Shown: positions 10,526 through 22,190 of the stretch, piece after piece
Numbering within the stretch: the stretch's first letter is position 1
Layout: every line of letters begins with the position of its first letter
Source: Microcoleus sp.
GTDB lineage: Bacteria > Cyanobacteriota > Cyanobacteriia > Cyanobacteriales > Microcoleaceae
Length of the DNA: 64,000 nt
Reading direction: 5' to 3'
NCBI GenBank assembly: GCA_052279835.1
Contig: CP181291.1
Coordinates: forward strand, 5,504,001 to 5,568,000
Made by a program: the position numbers and the translations under genes
Notes under the pieces: generated by a model
The model's input: only the letters and a program-made list of their open reading frames with translations
Database searches by the model: none
What the model was told of the DNA's origin: nothing

Positions 10526-11803
10526 ATGGGAATTTCTGTACCCATCTGGTGCTTGCTTTTCTTGTGGCTTTGTGCTACTTCAATTGCTAGCGCTCAAACC
10601 ACTCCACCAGGTTTGGATCAATTTTCTCCTAATCCGTTAGAGATTACCACACCCGATCCCTTAACTCCCACGAATGAATCTTTGAGTAGCACTCAGCGGG
10701 ATGAATTGAGTGCGGCTTTAGATGGCTTAAACTTAGAAGCATTGGCTAAACTGCAAGCTGGAGATGGAGTGGGTGCTTTTGATATTTGGTTCCGAGAATT
10801 GCGCCTGCGACGCTATCTGGGCCCTGCGGTGGAAATTGCTGCTTTGAGTCGGGTAGGAAGTGTGGCTTGGAGTAACAGTAAAACCATTGAATTACAGTTT
10901 ATTACTCAACGGCTCCAAGTAATTCAAAAACAAGTCAAATCTCAGGTGCCAGTTGATATTGATTTACTGCGAGTTTTGGCTGCTGCTTTTCAACAAGTGC
11001 GTGCTAAGGGCCCGACTATAGAAGTTTATCAACAAATTCTTGACAATGCGCGGCAGCAACAGGATATTTTGGCTGAGGGTCAGACTTTAAAGGCGATGGG
11101 GCTAATTCATATCAATTGGTTGAGTTATGAAAAAGCTGCTGCTGTGTATGAGGAATTGGCAAGTTTAATTCAGGAAAATCGCGCTTTATTTGCTGCAAAC
11201 TCTGTGGTTTCGACTCCGGCGGTGGTGGCGGGAAATGGTGCGCCTCCTGTGGCTGTAACTCCTCCCACTGAGGTGGATTCTCTGAGACAGTTGGCCTATG
11301 TTTACCACCAGTCAAAACAACATCTGAATGCGATCGCAGCTAGGGAGAAATTGGTATCAGTATATATGAATCTGCAAAATCCTAACGCTGTTCCACCGCT
11401 CAAAATTGCGATCGCTGCGGATTACGAAACCCTAGGTCAAATCAATTTAGCTGCTCAATACTATCAGGAAGCATACAATTTAGCCGTCCCCATTCAACAG
11501 TATGCCCACGCTAGCGAAGCCTTGGAAAAATTAGCATTGCTTTATCGATCGCAAAAACAGTGGGAACCGACTTTGCGGATTTATCAAATGCAGTTACTGT
11601 TAGAAGAACGGGCTTATAACTTGTATGGATTGATGAATGCTTATGATAATCTTGGTCAAGTTTATCAGGAGATGAAAACCTACAACAAAGCTTTAGAAGC
11701 TTATCAAAAAGCCTTGGATGTGGCTAAAAGATTGGGACACAGACAAGAGTATTTTGATAAAAAAATTCTCAAGGTTAACAAGCAATTGCAAAGGACTTCG
11801 TAA
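10526..11803 (+). CDS. secreted TPR protein
   Basis: Signal peptide (..ASA|Q) and TPR-like helices; ATG 10526 avoids overlap with the divergent gene. Confidence 0.8.
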   Translation: MGISVPIWCLLFLWLCATSIASAQTTPPGLDQFSPNPLEITTPDPLTPTNESLSSTQRDELSAALDGLNLEALAKLQAGDGVGAFDIWFRELRLRRYLGPAVEIAALSRVGSVAWSNSKTIELQFITQRLQVIQKQVKSQVPVDIDLLRVLAAAFQQVRAKGPTIEVYQQILDNARQQQDILAEGQTLKAMGLIHINWLSYEKAAAVYEELASLIQENRALFAANSVVSTPAVVAGNGAPPVAVTPPTEVDSLRQLAYVYHQSKQHLNAIAAREKLVSVYMNLQNPNAVPPLKIAIAADYETLGQINLAAQYYQEAYNLAVPIQQYAHASEALEKLALLYRSQKQWEPTLRIYQMQLLLEERAYNLYGLMNAYDNLGQVYQEMKTYNKALEAYQKALDVAKRLGHRQEYFDKKILKVNKQLQRTS

Positions 11804-11817
11804 CATTGGTAGAATTG

Positions 11818-11876
11818 GTAAGGTGCGTCAGTTCCAGAACCTTAAAAATTGTTTAAAAAACTCACCTGACGCACCC
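11818..11876. repeat. REP-like hairpin
   Basis: GGTGCGTCAG ... CTGACGCACC inverted repeat between convergent genes. Confidence 0.6.
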
Positions 11877-11908
11877 GACCATTCGATTTTAAGAAGAAGG
11901 AAGAAGTC

Positions 11909-11938
11909 ACCCCCCCTGCCCCCCCCAAGGGGGGAAAT
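11909..11938. repeat. GC-rich palindromic repeat copy
   Basis: CCCCCCCTGCCCCCCCCAAGGGGGGAAA, reverse complement of the 5288 and 22069 copies. Confidence 0.75.
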
Positions 11939-12026
11939 TCAGGAAGAAGGAAGAATGCTCATACAGCAAGCTTTTTAGCCACCTGTATCTTACGTTTAAT
12001 TAAGTGGACTTACTTATCTAATAATT

Positions 12027-12485
12027 CTATTCGTTGACTATGGTGGTAGTCGGCGATTCCGAACTAGGGAAAAATTGCTGAGTTATCCAATTAGTTAAAA
12101 TGTGAGAAAGCAATCCCATCGGACCTGCAAATAGACACAATGCGAGGGAATGAATCGTCCAAACTCCGGTGCGTTGTCCTTCTAAATAAATCCAACGCCC
12201 GACAAATAAGTCCATGACTAAAAAATGTATCCATCCTGTAGCTGCTGCGGTTTCTTCCCCAAGAAACTTGGCAATATCTGCTAGTTTGGGATTGGACAAA
12301 GCGGCAGCATTTTCTGGGGTGATGCTGGTAACAAACAAATAGATATACATCAGGGCGAGGACTACAAAGGGGATGAAGGAATTCATCACTTTTCGAGTAA
12401 TTCCCCAGTTTGGTAGTAAAATCATGATTGCCCAAAAGGGCAAAACGAACAGGTTTCCTACTGTAAAAATTAGTTCTGGTGTCAT
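12027..12485 (-). CDS. ABA4-like (DUF4281) membrane protein
   Basis: VLPFW.IMI.LPNW..T, GWIHFLVMDLFVGRWIY, LFAGPMGLL. Confidence 0.88.
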   Translation of the reverse strand: MTPELIFTVGNLFVLPFWAIMILLPNWGITRKVMNSFIPFVVLALMYIYLFVTSITPENAAALSNPKLADIAKFLGEETAAATGWIHFLVMDLFVGRWIYLEGQRTGVWTIHSLALCLFAGPMGLLSHILTNWITQQFFPSSESPTTTIVNE

Positions 12486-12509
12486 CTTAAATCACGGCTC
12501 TAGGGTTAG

Positions 12510-13514
12510 TTAAAATTGGCGTAGAAAGCGCAAATCGCTGGCATAAACCCGACGAATATCATCAATTTCATGCAGTACCATTGCGAAGCGCTCGACACCA
12601 AAACCTGCGGCAAAACCACTGTATTTTTCCGGGTCTAAACCAACTCCTTTGAGAACATTAGGATCGACCATGCCGCATCCTAAAACTTCTAGCCATTTAC
12701 CATTCCACTGCAAATCTACTTCGGCAGACGGTTCGGTAAACGGAAAATAACTGGTGCGAAAACGAATCGGCAAATCTTGCCCGAACATTTGTCGCAAAAA
12801 TTCTTTGATTGTGCCTTTCAAGTCACTAAAGGTCAGCCCTTCATCTATGGCCAAAAGTTCAATTTGATGGAAGACGGCGGCGTGAGTAGCATCGACGGTA
12901 TCGCGGCGGTAAACGCGGCCGGGAGAGACAATCCGAATCGGGGGTTTGTGCTGTTCCATGTAGCGAATTTGCACTGAGGATGTTTGAGTTCGCAGCAGGT
13001 TTCCGCCTGGGAGATAAAAGGTATCTTGCATATCTCGCGCTGGGTGGTCGGGCGGGGTGTTTAGTGCTTCAAAATTGTAATAGTCTGTTTCCATTTCTGG
13101 GCCGTTGGCTACGGTGTAGCCGAGGCCAACAAAGATATCCAAAGCGCGGTCTATGACGCTGTTTAAGGGGTGTATTCTGCCTTGGGGACGAAAAATCCCA
13201 GGCATGGTGACATCGAGGGTTTCTGAGGCTAATTTGGCTTGAATTTGGGCGGTTTGGAGGGAGGTGCGTTTGTCTTCTAAATCGGTTTGTAGGGCTTCTT
13301 TGACGGTGTTGGCGATCGCACCTAGTTTCGGTCGCTGTTCGGGCGGCAGTTTGCCCATCATGCCTAAAACTTGAGAGAGTTGGCCTTTTTTACCTAGGTA
13401 ATTGACGCGCAACTGTTCGAGTTGTTCGAGGGTATTAGTGGTGGCGATCGCACTTTTGGCTTCTTGTCCGAGGGTTTCTAGTTGGGTTTCAATGTCGCTT
13501 AGCTGGACAGTCAT
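12510..13514 (-). CDS. pheS: phenylalanine-tRNA ligase alpha subunit
   Basis: [33 protein letters not shown]. Confidence 0.98.
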   Translation of the reverse strand: MTVQLSDIETQLETLGQEAKSAIATTNTLEQLEQLRVNYLGKKGQLSQVLGMMGKLPPEQRPKLGAIANTVKEALQTDLEDKRTSLQTAQIQAKLASETLDVTMPGIFRPQGRIHPLNSVIDRALDIFVGLGYTVANGPEMETDYYNFEALNTPPDHPARDMQDTFYLPGGNLLRTQTSSVQIRYMEQHKPPIRIVSPGRVYRRDTVDATHAAVFHQIELLAIDEGLTFSDLKGTIKEFLRQMFGQDLPIRFRTSYFPFTEPSAEVDLQWNGKWLEVLGCGMVDPNVLKGVGLDPEKYSGFAAGFGVERFAMVLHEIDDIRRVYASDLRFLRQF

Positions 13515-13543
13515 TTTAGATTTTAGATTTTAGATTTTAGATT
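13515..13543. repeat. heptamer tandem repeat (ATTTTAG)x4
   Basis: Direct reading, immediately upstream of pheS. Confidence 0.8.
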
Positions 13544-13702
13544 GATGGCTGTTGGAGCCAAGTTGAGTTTAGCGCAATTTGAGTGCGAGTGGCTGGTTGA
13601 TTTTACATTTGAGATTTTAATCGGTAATTGGTAATTAGAGACCAAAGCGATCGCCAGACTTGAATTTAGTTTAGTATTGTCCTGTGGCCTACAAAACTTT
13701 TC

Positions 13703-14509
13703 ATGAAACTTCTAATTAGCAACGACGACGGCATCTTTGCACAAGGCATCCGCAGCCTCGCCAACGCACTCGCCGCCGCTGGTCATGACGTAAGCGTAGT
13801 TTGTCCCGACAGAGAACGGTCGGCGACAGGTCACGGTCTCACCCTGCACCAACCCATCCGCGCCGAAATTGTCGAATCTATTTTTGACCCCGCAATCAAA
13901 GCTTGGGCTTGTTCCGGTACTCCCGCGGACTGCGTGAAACTAGCTTTGTGGGCTTTACTGGACAAACCGCCAGATTTTGTTCTGGCCGGTATTAATCACG
14001 GCCCGAATTTAGGAACGGATATCATTTGTTCCGGGACGGTTTCGGCGGCGATGGAAGGCATTATGGAAGGGATTCCCAGCATTGCTTTCAGCCTTGCGAG
14101 CTATGCTTCTTTGGAATTTGAGCCGGCAGTAAATTTTGCCGTGACTTTGCTCTCACAGTTGGAAAAACAACCGATGGCAAAACCCATGTTGTTGAATGTG
14201 AATATACCAGCGGTTAAACAAGCAGAAATTACCGGAGTTGCGATCGCCCGTCAAGGGATTCGCCGCTATTTCGATATATTTCAAAAGCGCACCGATCCGC
14301 GCGGCAAAACTTATTATTGGCTAGCTGGGGAATTGTTAGAAGATGTGGAAGAAACTTCAGAAACCTCTGATTTGCTGGATATTCCTACGGATGTACAAGC
14401 TATTCGCGACCATAAAATTACCATTACTCCTCTTCAATACAACCTCACCTGTGGCCGAGACTTGCAGAGTTTACAGGATTGGAAATTTAAAGGTTTTACA
14501 ATGAATTGA
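13703..14509 (+). CDS. surE: 5'/3'-nucleotidase SurE
   Basis: LISNDDG, GTPADCV, GINHGPN, SGTVSAA. Confidence 0.96.
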   Translation: MKLLISNDDGIFAQGIRSLANALAAAGHDVSVVCPDRERSATGHGLTLHQPIRAEIVESIFDPAIKAWACSGTPADCVKLALWALLDKPPDFVLAGINHGPNLGTDIICSGTVSAAMEGIMEGIPSIAFSLASYASLEFEPAVNFAVTLLSQLEKQPMAKPMLLNVNIPAVKQAEITGVAIARQGIRRYFDIFQKRTDPRGKTYYWLAGELLEDVEETSETSDLLDIPTDVQAIRDHKITITPLQYNLTCGRDLQSLQDWKFKGFTMN

Positions 14510-14634
14510 GATCCGATCGCGCGGATATCAGAGGTAAACTAGGAATTAAGGAAAAGTACCTCTTTAGGTATATGCCCTAGGCCTTAGCGCACCCTCTCTC
14601 TTGGTTATTGGTTTTTTACTCAAGAAAAACAGTT

Positions 14635-15033
14635 ATGAACGCTCCCACCTACAACACTCATTCTGTCACTTGTCCGATTTGCAACCGTTCCAGCATCGTC
14701 GGCGCTGTGGGGATGGTTAGCGGACTATTCAGTTGTCCTCACTGTCATTCCCATTTGGTAATTAGTTGGAGTGGCCATTTTGTCCGCGATCCTTTTAGCC
14801 TGAAACAATTAACGGTGGGGAAGATGCTCAGGCGCGAGAGCCGGCCTCTAGCTCGCCTTCAGCGCGATTTGGGGCTTGGTAAGCATTTCCCGTTGTTGGC
14901 TCTGTTGGGAAGTGCTGTATTTCTGGGATTTGCGATCGTGACGACAGAACAATCCTTACCGCGACAGCAGCCGTTTCAAGGATTTTTAGAGTGGGTGAGT
15001 GGGAGTGGCAATTCCGAGGGTGTCTCTCGTTAA
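14635..15033 (+). CDS. hypothetical zinc-ribbon protein with C-terminal TM helix
   Basis: CPIC...CPHC pair; hydrophobic LLALLGSAVFLGFAIV. Confidence 0.7.
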   Translation: MNAPTYNTHSVTCPICNRSSIVGAVGMVSGLFSCPHCHSHLVISWSGHFVRDPFSLKQLTVGKMLRRESRPLARLQRDLGLGKHFPLLALLGSAVFLGFAIVTTEQSLPRQQPFQGFLEWVSGSGNSEGVSR

Positions 15034-15100
15034 CATTTCGCTACTTGAATTTTGACATTCAATGCCTTTAAATTTATCTTCTTTTAGGTATAAGACAATT

Positions 15101-15124
15101 TAGCCCCCAGATTAATCTGGGGGC
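15101..15124. terminator. palindromic hairpin between convergent genes
   Basis: GCCCCCAGATTAATCTGGGGGC perfect palindrome. Confidence 0.5.
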
Positions 15125-15275
15125 CGTGTTTTGGTGAGGATTGAATCAAAGGCGATCGATCTACTCTACTACCTGAAAATTAATTTCTACCTACGCCCCA
15201 CCCTCATGTCAAGCCTGATTTTGTTAAGCAAAATGTGAATCAGCCATGGCTCAAAAAGGGAAGGACGATGGAAAT

Positions 15276-18200
15276 TTAGGGGTAATAATCCTGAATTGCT
15301 TTTACCTCCATTGGGTTAGATTTGAGCGATCGAATTCCCGCCGCCGTCGCTTTCGCACCGGCAATGGTGGTAATAATCGGAATTTTGTAGGTTAATGCTG
15401 TGCGACGGATAAAGATGCCGTCGGCGCGGGACTCTTCACCAGAAGGTGTGGTGATAATTAGTTGAATTTTCTCGTTCTTGATCGAATCCAACAAGTTGGG
15501 CCGCCCTTCATGGAGTTTTAAGACCAAATCTACATCTAAACCTTGCTCTTCCAATACTTTGCGAGTACCATGAGTGGCTACTACTTTGAAACCTAATTCC
15601 AAGAATTCCTTGACAACTGGTACAACTGGTAGTTTGTCCCGATCGCGCATGGAAACCAGTACAGTTCCTGACAGTGGCATGACTTGTCCAGCACCCAATT
15701 GAGCTTTGGCGAAGGCCTTGCCAAAATCGGTGTCAATCCCCATGACTTCGCCAGTCGATCGCATTTCTGGCCCTAACAAAGTATCGGTTCCAGGGAACTT
15801 AGCAAAGGGTAGTACGGCTTCTTTCACCGAAACGTGAGTGGGTACAACTTCTTTAGTAAAACCTAAAGCTTCCAGAGTTTGACCAGACATTACCCGCGAG
15901 GCCATTTTTGCTAGGGGTACTCCGATCGCCTTGGAGACAAAAGGCACTGTTCGAGAAGCCCGTGGGTTCGCCTCCAAAATGAAAACTTGCTCTCCTTGAA
16001 CCGCAAATTGAATGTTCATCAACCCGATCACTTTCAGGGCTTTGGCTAATTCCACTGTCTGGCGGCGAATTGTTTCTAAAGCTGCTGCGGTAAGTGTTTG
16101 GTAAGGGATGGTACAAGCAGAGTCGCCGGAGTGAATTCCCGCTTCCTCAATGTGTTCCATAATGCCCCCGATAGTGACATTACCTGTAATATCGGCGATC
16201 GCGTCTACATCTACCTCTGTCGCATTCTCTAAGAACTTGTCAATTAAAATCGGATGGTCTGGTTCTACCAGCACCGCATAGGTCATGTAACGTTCCAATT
16301 CCGTATCGGAATAAACAATTTCCATGGCTCGGCCACCTAACACGTAGCTGGGGCGCACCACTACTGGATAACCAATCCGTTGAGCTACGATTAAAGCATC
16401 CTCAAAACTGCGGGCCAACCCGTTAGCAGCTTGCTGAATATTCAACTGTCGCAGAATTTTTTCAAACCTTTCTCTGTCTTCCGCAGTATCAATGGAATCC
16501 GGCGAAGTTCCCCAGATTTTTGTTTGTACATCTGGATGATTTTCGAGGGCTTTTTGTAAAGGCAGTGCTAATTTCAACGGGGTTTGTCCGCCAAATTGAA
16601 TTATGACTCCCTCTGGATTTTCCGCCTCGATAATGTTGAGAACATCTTCTTTGGTTAGGGGTTCAAAATACAGGCGATCGCTGGTATCATAATCCGTCGA
16701 AACCGTTTCTGGGTTGGAGTTAACCATGATTGTCTCAAACCCGTCTGCTCCTAGGGAATAGGAAGCATGACAGCAACAGTAATCAAACTCAATTCCCTGT
16801 CCGATGCGGTTAGGCCCACCACCTAAAATCATCACTTTGCGCTTAGTAGAAGGCAAAACTTCTGACTCTGGGCTGAGACTGTGAGCCACTGCTGAAATCT
16901 TCTTTTCTTCATCGCCTAATTCCCAAATTGCTGTTCCCAATTCGTAGGTAGAATAGTAATAAGGCGTGAATGCTTCAAATTCGGCGGCGCAGGTATCAAC
17001 GGTTTTGTAAATCGGTGTTACGCCTAAATTTTTGCGATAAGTGCGAACTTCATCTTCTGATGTTTTGGTCGCGTAAGCAATTTGGCGATCGCTAAATCCC
17101 AACTGCTTGATGGCAAACATTGTATCTTTTGTCAACTGCTGGAGCTGAGTCCGTTTCATGAACTTCTCGGTTTCCAGCAATTCCTGCATTTTGTCCAAAA
17201 ACCAAGGGTCAATTGCTGTGAGTTCAAAGATGTCTTCCACCGACATTCCCATCATCATCGCGTGGCGAACTGTGAAAATGCGATCGGGATTTGGTGTCCG
17301 CAATCCGGCGCGAATTTGTTCCAAACTAGGCAACTTTTCTGGTTTGTCGCAACCGAAACCAGCCCGACCAGTTTCTAATCCTCGCAGCGCTTTTTGGAAA
17401 GATTCATTGAAGCTACGCCCGATCGCCATTACCTCTCCCACTGACTTCATTTGCGTTGTCAGGGTCGGTTCAGAACCGGGGAACTTTTCAAAAGCAAATC
17501 GGGGAATCTTCGTCACCACGTAGTCAATTGTGGGTTCAAAAGAAGCAGGAGTTTTCTTGGTAATATCGTTAGAAATTTCATCCAGGGTGTAGCCCACTGC
17601 TAATTTTGCAGCCATTTTCGCAATGGGAAATCCTGTGGCTTTTGACGCCAAAGCCGAGGAACGGGAAACGCGGGGGTTCATTTCAATGACGATGAAATCT
17701 CCATTTACCGGATTCACCGCAAATTGAATGTTAGAACCGCCGGTTTCCACTCCGATTTCGCGAATAATTTTAATCGAGGCATCCCGCAGCCGTTGGTATT
17801 CTTTGTCTGTCAGGGTTTGGGCCGGCGCGACTGTGATCGAGTCCCCGGTATGAATTCCCATCGGGTCTATATTTTCGATCGAACAAATAATCACCACATT
17901 ATCTGCTAAATCCCGCATCACTTCTAGTTCGTACTCTTTCCAACCGATTAAAGATTGTTCGATCAGAATTTGGGAGACAGGGCTAGCATCAATGCCACCT
18001 TGGGCCATTTCTTCAAACTCTTCTTGATTGTAAGAAATGCCTCCTCCGGTACCACCCATTGTAAAAGCGGGACGGATAATTAACGGGTAAGAACCGATTT
18101 GGTGTCCAATTGCTTTGGCTTCATCTAGATTGTTGGCAATTCCCGAAGGACATACTGCTACTCCAATGCGGGCCATAGCTTCTTTAAATAGCAGTCGGTC

Positions 18201-18581
18201 TTCTGCCATTTCAATTGCTGGTAGCTTAGCGCCAATTAACTCAACTTTGTATTTTTCTAAAGCACCATTTTTAGCGACCGCTACGGCTAAATTCAGGGCT
18301 GTTTGACCGCCCATTGTCGGTAAAATTGCTTGTGGTCTTTCTTTGGCGATGATTTGTTCGAGGATGGCTGGCGTTAGAGGTTCGATGTAGATGCGATCGG
18401 CTGTTTCTGGATCGGTCATAATGGTAGCTGGGTTGGAATTCACCAGCACTACTTCATAACCTTCTTCTCGCAAAGCTTTGCAAGCTTGCGTCCCCGAATA
18501 GTCAAACTCGCACGCTTGACCGATCACAATTGGGCCGGAACCAATTAGCAGAATTTTTTGTAAGTCTTGGCGACGGGGCAT
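15276..18581 (-). CDS. carB: carbamoyl-phosphate synthase large subunit
   Basis: [17 protein letters not shown], duplicated ATP-grasp halves, C-terminal MGS domain. Confidence 0.99.
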   Translation of the reverse strand: MPRRQDLQKILLIGSGPIVIGQACEFDYSGTQACKALREEGYEVVLVNSNPATIMTDPETADRIYIEPLTPAILEQIIAKERPQAILPTMGGQTALNLAVAVAKNGALEKYKVELIGAKLPAIEMAEDRLLFKEAMARIGVAVCPSGIANNLDEAKAIGHQIGSYPLIIRPAFTMGGTGGGISYNQEEFEEMAQGGIDASPVSQILIEQSLIGWKEYELEVMRDLADNVVIICSIENIDPMGIHTGDSITVAPAQTLTDKEYQRLRDASIKIIREIGVETGGSNIQFAVNPVNGDFIVIEMNPRVSRSSALASKATGFPIAKMAAKLAVGYTLDEISNDITKKTPASFEPTIDYVVTKIPRFAFEKFPGSEPTLTTQMKSVGEVMAIGRSFNESFQKALRGLETGRAGFGCDKPEKLPSLEQIRAGLRTPNPDRIFTVRHAMMMGMSVEDIFELTAIDPWFLDKMQELLETEKFMKRTQLQQLTKDTMFAIKQLGFSDRQIAYATKTSEDEVRTYRKNLGVTPIYKTVDTCAAEFEAFTPYYYSTYELGTAIWELGDEEKKISAVAHSLSPESEVLPSTKRKVMILGGGPNRIGQGIEFDYCCCHASYSLGADGFETIMVNSNPETVSTDYDTSDRLYFEPLTKEDVLNIIEAENPEGVIIQFGGQTPLKLALPLQKALENHPDVQTKIWGTSPDSIDTAEDRERFEKILRQLNIQQAANGLARSFEDALIVAQRIGYPVVVRPSYVLGGRAMEIVYSDTELERYMTYAVLVEPDHPILIDKFLENATEVDVDAIADITGNVTIGGIMEHIEEAGIHSGDSACTIPYQTLTAAALETIRRQTVELAKALKVIGLMNIQFAVQGEQVFILEANPRASRTVPFVSKAIGVPLAKMASRVMSGQTLEALGFTKEVVPTHVSVKEAVLPFAKFPGTDTLLGPEMRSTGEVMGIDTDFGKAFAKAQLGAGQVMPLSGTVLVSMRDRDKLPVVPVVKEFLELGFKVVATHGTRKVLEEQGLDVDLVLKLHEGRPNLLDSIKNEKIQLIITTPSGEESRADGIFIRRTALTYKIPIITTIAGAKATAAGIRSLKSNPMEVKAIQDYYP

Positions 18582-19077
18582 AGGTTCGTAATTGGTAGTT
18601 GGACAAGATTAACGATCGATTTTACATTTTGCACCATTGCTATCAACAGGCTAGAAAGCCTGTTCTACCCAAAGCTTACTGAAAATGGTGCAGTTATGTG
18701 ATATTAATTTGAAATTGTGCACCATTCTCAGGATTTTGAAGGCACAAGCCCCCTACTCTTGGTAATATACATCGCCTGCTAAGGGTGCAGTGTATCGGTA
18801 AATCCAGACTATTTTAAGTGCTGTCGCATAGTTTGTGTTGTAAAATACAATTTACCAGGCAAACTGCTGTCAACTTTCCGCCCTTACTGGCTTCACTACC
18901 CAGACATCGCTTTTGGATCGATCGACCGAGTCGATAAAGTTGATGATAATTTTTATCTAAATATTCTGGCGATCGACTAAACTCCTATAGCCAAGGACGC
19001 AAAAACCCGCTTTCTCCACCTAATTTCCTGATTTGAGGTTGAGAAAGACGGGGTTTGAGACCTAATTTTTCCGTAAT

Positions 19078-19917
19078 TTACCTGGCTCGTTTTTTTAAAT
19101 AACTCTTGATTTTTTTGATCGGGTGCCTTACCCAAGGCTCCCATCTTGCGTACTTGAGCTTTAAATTCAAAAGCCAATCAGAATTATTTTGAATTTTCGC
19201 CAGTTCATCCTTAAACGGCGTTTGAGACAACATCTCCATCCATAATTTATTCGGTTCAGGACTTTCCCAAGGTTTTGGTCGGGATATAAAGTGCATCACT
19301 TTAGTAGAAGTGTCTTCAGTATCAGGATTATTCCAGATCTGATCTAGTTGATACCACCGTCCCGCTAAAACCGAATTTGATGTCCCTTGGTCGCAATCAG
19401 ACCAAAGGTTGACTTTCGCATCAGCAATCATTTTTTCTGACAACTTTTCTTCAAGCCAAAGTTTCATATTGAAAACTAATAAGCCTGCATTGAAATAAGG
19501 GTTTTTATCTTGATCGTTGTTGGGATTACCCCAGACATTGAGCGCTGCGGCGATCGGCATTCCTTGAAAATCTAAATTCCACAGTGGCTCTAAGCTGTCC
19601 AACACAATCATATCACTGTCTAGCCAGATTAGTCTTTCTGTCGCCTTTGTGTATTTTTCCGGCTCCAATCTAGCGTAAGTTAGTTTAGAACCAGAAAGCG
19701 ACAGCAAGTCATTGTAATTATCCTTCACTTCTTGCCATTCAATCTTATATTTGCAGCACTGTTGCAACTTTTCCTGTTGCTCTGTATTAAAACCCGTGGA
19801 GACAACTGTAATGTTAACGGACTGATTGGGGTCTGTGGTAGCATTCAGTTCTATGGATTTTAGTATTGCTGCTATTCCTAAAATGTAATTACGATCGCCA
19901 ACAATGGATAAGTACAT
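19078..19917 (-). CDS. glycosyltransferase family 8 protein
   Basis: YARL, WLDSD (DxD), YFNAGLL, DQ, HF...KPW; ATG 19917 preferred. Confidence 0.88.
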   Translation of the reverse strand: MYLSIVGDRNYILGIAAILKSIELNATTDPNQSVNITVVSTGFNTEQQEKLQQCCKYKIEWQEVKDNYNDLLSLSGSKLTYARLEPEKYTKATERLIWLDSDMIVLDSLEPLWNLDFQGMPIAAALNVWGNPNNDQDKNPYFNAGLLVFNMKLWLEEKLSEKMIADAKVNLWSDCDQGTSNSVLAGRWYQLDQIWNNPDTEDTSTKVMHFISRPKPWESPEPNKLWMEMLSQTPFKDELAKIQNNSDWLLNLKLKYARWEPWVRHPIKKIKSYLKKRAR

Positions 19918-20140
19918 TTCACTGATTAATGAAAGGGTCTTAATAAATAAACTACCATAATCTGTGGTAGAATCCAAGTCTATATATTTGACTATTCAGA
20001 AGCGACCCCAGGGGCTGGGATGATAACTGGGTTTCAGCCTTCCCAGAATTGAGCCTGGGAAGGAGGACAGGTTTCCTGTTTTGAGTCTGCTTAGGATGAC
20101 GAACTGTGAGAATCATCAGACTATGGGACAGGTTAATGGC

Positions 20141-21406
20141 TTAAGGCTTGGGTTTCTTCAGGGCATTAATTTTTGCTTTTACGGGGGAAACGCGCCGATA
20201 AAACTTAAACTTATTCAGAGCAGCACTGGCAGATTTAGCCACAAGGCTGTCTGTATCTCGCAAAGCTTTTTGCAAAAGTGGAATCACTTTTTCTGACTTA
20301 ATCGTTCCTAATGCTTCCACCGCAGTCTGACGAACTTCAGGAGCGTAATCTTGAGCTAATTTTCCCAAAGTTTCTATGGCTCGCTGAGAATCTATCCTCA
20401 AAGGATTGGCCGCCGCTATTTTACCCAAACCAGATGCTGCTAATTTTCGCGATTCTGTATCCTGACTTTGAACAATTCCCATCCACTGCGCTAGGGAATA
20501 ATTTGGTGTTTGTCTGACTATTTGAGGCGGTGCTGTAAATTGTGTTTGATTTAACTCTGTTGGCTCTAACTCTGGGAACTGCGAAGGTGGCGCTTCTGTT
20601 GGCTCTAATTCCCGAAACTGTGACGGCGGCACTTCTGTTGGCTCTAACTCCCACAACTGTGACGGCGGCTCTTCTGTTGGTTCTAACTCTCGAAACTGTG
20701 AGGACGGCACTTGTGTTCGATTTAACTGACTTTCATACTGCTCCTGTAAAGACTTGATGGTGGATTGCATCTGGGCTTCGTGAGCTTGTAACTGCTGATT
20801 TACTGCTGCTAATTGACTCTCGTATTCTGCTTGCAAAGAGTGCAATCTTAACTGCATCTCCACTTCGCGGTTTTGATATTCCTCAGCAGTTTCTCTCAAC
20901 CGAGTTTCATGTTGTTGTTGCAGAGCTTGTAGGTTATCATCAATTTGAGCTTGATAGTTGCGATGCAGTTCTTCAGCCAGCTTGATTAATTCTGCTTCAT
21001 GTTTTTGCTGTAATGATTGGATACTTTCTTGCAACTGAGAATCATGATTGCCAGCTAATTCTGCACTTAATGTACGGAGATAATTCTCCTGTTGGCTAGT
21101 AGCTTGTCTGAGCTGATTGTCCCTGTCTTCAATAATTTTTGTGAGCTGATTCTCGTGTTCTGTAGTAACTTGTTTGAGTAAATTTTCGTGTTCTAGAGTA
21201 ACTTGTCTGAGTCGCTCATCCTGTTCTACTTGCAGAGATTGGACTGTTTGCTGAATCCGAGACTGGTGAGCTCTTTCTATTTCCTCAGCAATTTGGCGAG
21301 TTTGCTCTAAGTGTTCTTGTTTTTGCTTGTTTAACCGTTTTTCCACCAAGGAGTAAGCAACTACTATGCCTACTAAAAAACCGACGATCGCTCCTATGAT
21401 AGCCAC
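20141..21406 (-). CDS. membrane-anchored coiled-coil protein with C-terminal HEAT repeats
   Basis: N-terminal TM helix, Q/E-rich coiled coil, 13-aa repeats, PEVRQTAVEALG HEAT-like motifs. Confidence 0.8.
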   Translation of the reverse strand: MAIIGAIVGFLVGIVVAYSLVEKRLNKQKQEHLEQTRQIAEEIERAHQSRIQQTVQSLQVEQDERLRQVTLEHENLLKQVTTEHENQLTKIIEDRDNQLRQATSQQENYLRTLSAELAGNHDSQLQESIQSLQQKHEAELIKLAEELHRNYQAQIDDNLQALQQQHETRLRETAEEYQNREVEMQLRLHSLQAEYESQLAAVNQQLQAHEAQMQSTIKSLQEQYESQLNRTQVPSSQFRELEPTEEPPSQLWELEPTEVPPSQFRELEPTEAPPSQFPELEPTELNQTQFTAPPQIVRQTPNYSLAQWMGIVQSQDTESRKLAASGLGKIAAANPLRIDSQRAIETLGKLAQDYAPEVRQTAVEALGTIKSEKVIPLLQKALRDTDSLVAKSASAALNKFKFYRRVSPVKAKINALKKPKP

Positions 21407-21451
21407 AACTTAAATACCTCGCGACAAAATAGTTGTACTCGACTTTTATAT

Positions 21452-21988
21452 TTAACCATATAGCCTCCTGTAACCGCCCAATAGCAGCAGCCAGACTGTC
21501 ACCGCCAGCCAGTGAATCAGCACAGCCGGCCATACTGAGCCACTTTGGAGGTATGCAATGCTACACGCGACCCCCAAAACTGCCGCCAGTAGCAAAAACA
21601 CTGGATTGAGAAAGGTCGATCGCCCCACAGGGTAAAAAGTCAGCCCGTTGAGCGGATGGTAGACTATAAACAGCGCCAAACTCAGACTTACCCAAAACCC
21701 TAGCGTTAACCCAGAAGCATTTTCCTGCTTGTGGGGTAGCATTAAAACGCGGAACCAGATTTCCTCGCTGATGCCAGGACTGAACAAACAGCCCACTGTT
21801 ACCCCAATAATTGTACGCCTTCTTGTTTGCCGATCTACTTTCAGAAATCCTGACCAAAAACCAATGGGAAGCGCGATCGCACTATAAGCCATCAGCAGCA
21901 GCAAAGTAATCAGCCAATCAGTGCGATCGGGCATAGTTGAAACAGCCATGGTGACTCGATGTGCAAGTAGTGCTAAGTAATTAGTCAT
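21452..21988 (-). CDS. CPBP (CAAX/Abi) intramembrane metalloprotease
   Basis: EEIWFR, F...H, HWL motifs. Confidence 0.87.
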   Translation of the reverse strand: MTNYLALLAHRVTMAVSTMPDRTDWLITLLLLMAYSAIALPIGFWSGFLKVDRQTRRRTIIGVTVGCLFSPGISEEIWFRVLMLPHKQENASGLTLGFWVSLSLALFIVYHPLNGLTFYPVGRSTFLNPVFLLLAAVLGVACSIAYLQSGSVWPAVLIHWLAVTVWLLLLGGYRRLYG

Positions 21989-22190
21989 TGGTTATTGGTT
22001 ATTGGTTATTGGTTATTGGTTATTGGTTATTGGTTATTGGTTATTGGTTATAAATATTCTTCCTTCTTATTTCCCCCCTTGGGGGGGGCAGGGGGGGGTT
22101 CTTCTTCCTTCTTCCTTCTTCCTTCTTCCTTCTTCCTTCTTCCTTCTTCCTTCTTCCTTCTTCCTTCTTCCTTCTTCCTTCTTCTTCTTC
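21987..22190. repeat. composite STRR array: (TTGGTTA)n, GC palindrome, (TTCTTCC)n
   Basis: About 9 TTGGTTA units, palindromic element 22069-22100, about 13 TTCTTCC units. Confidence 0.9.
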
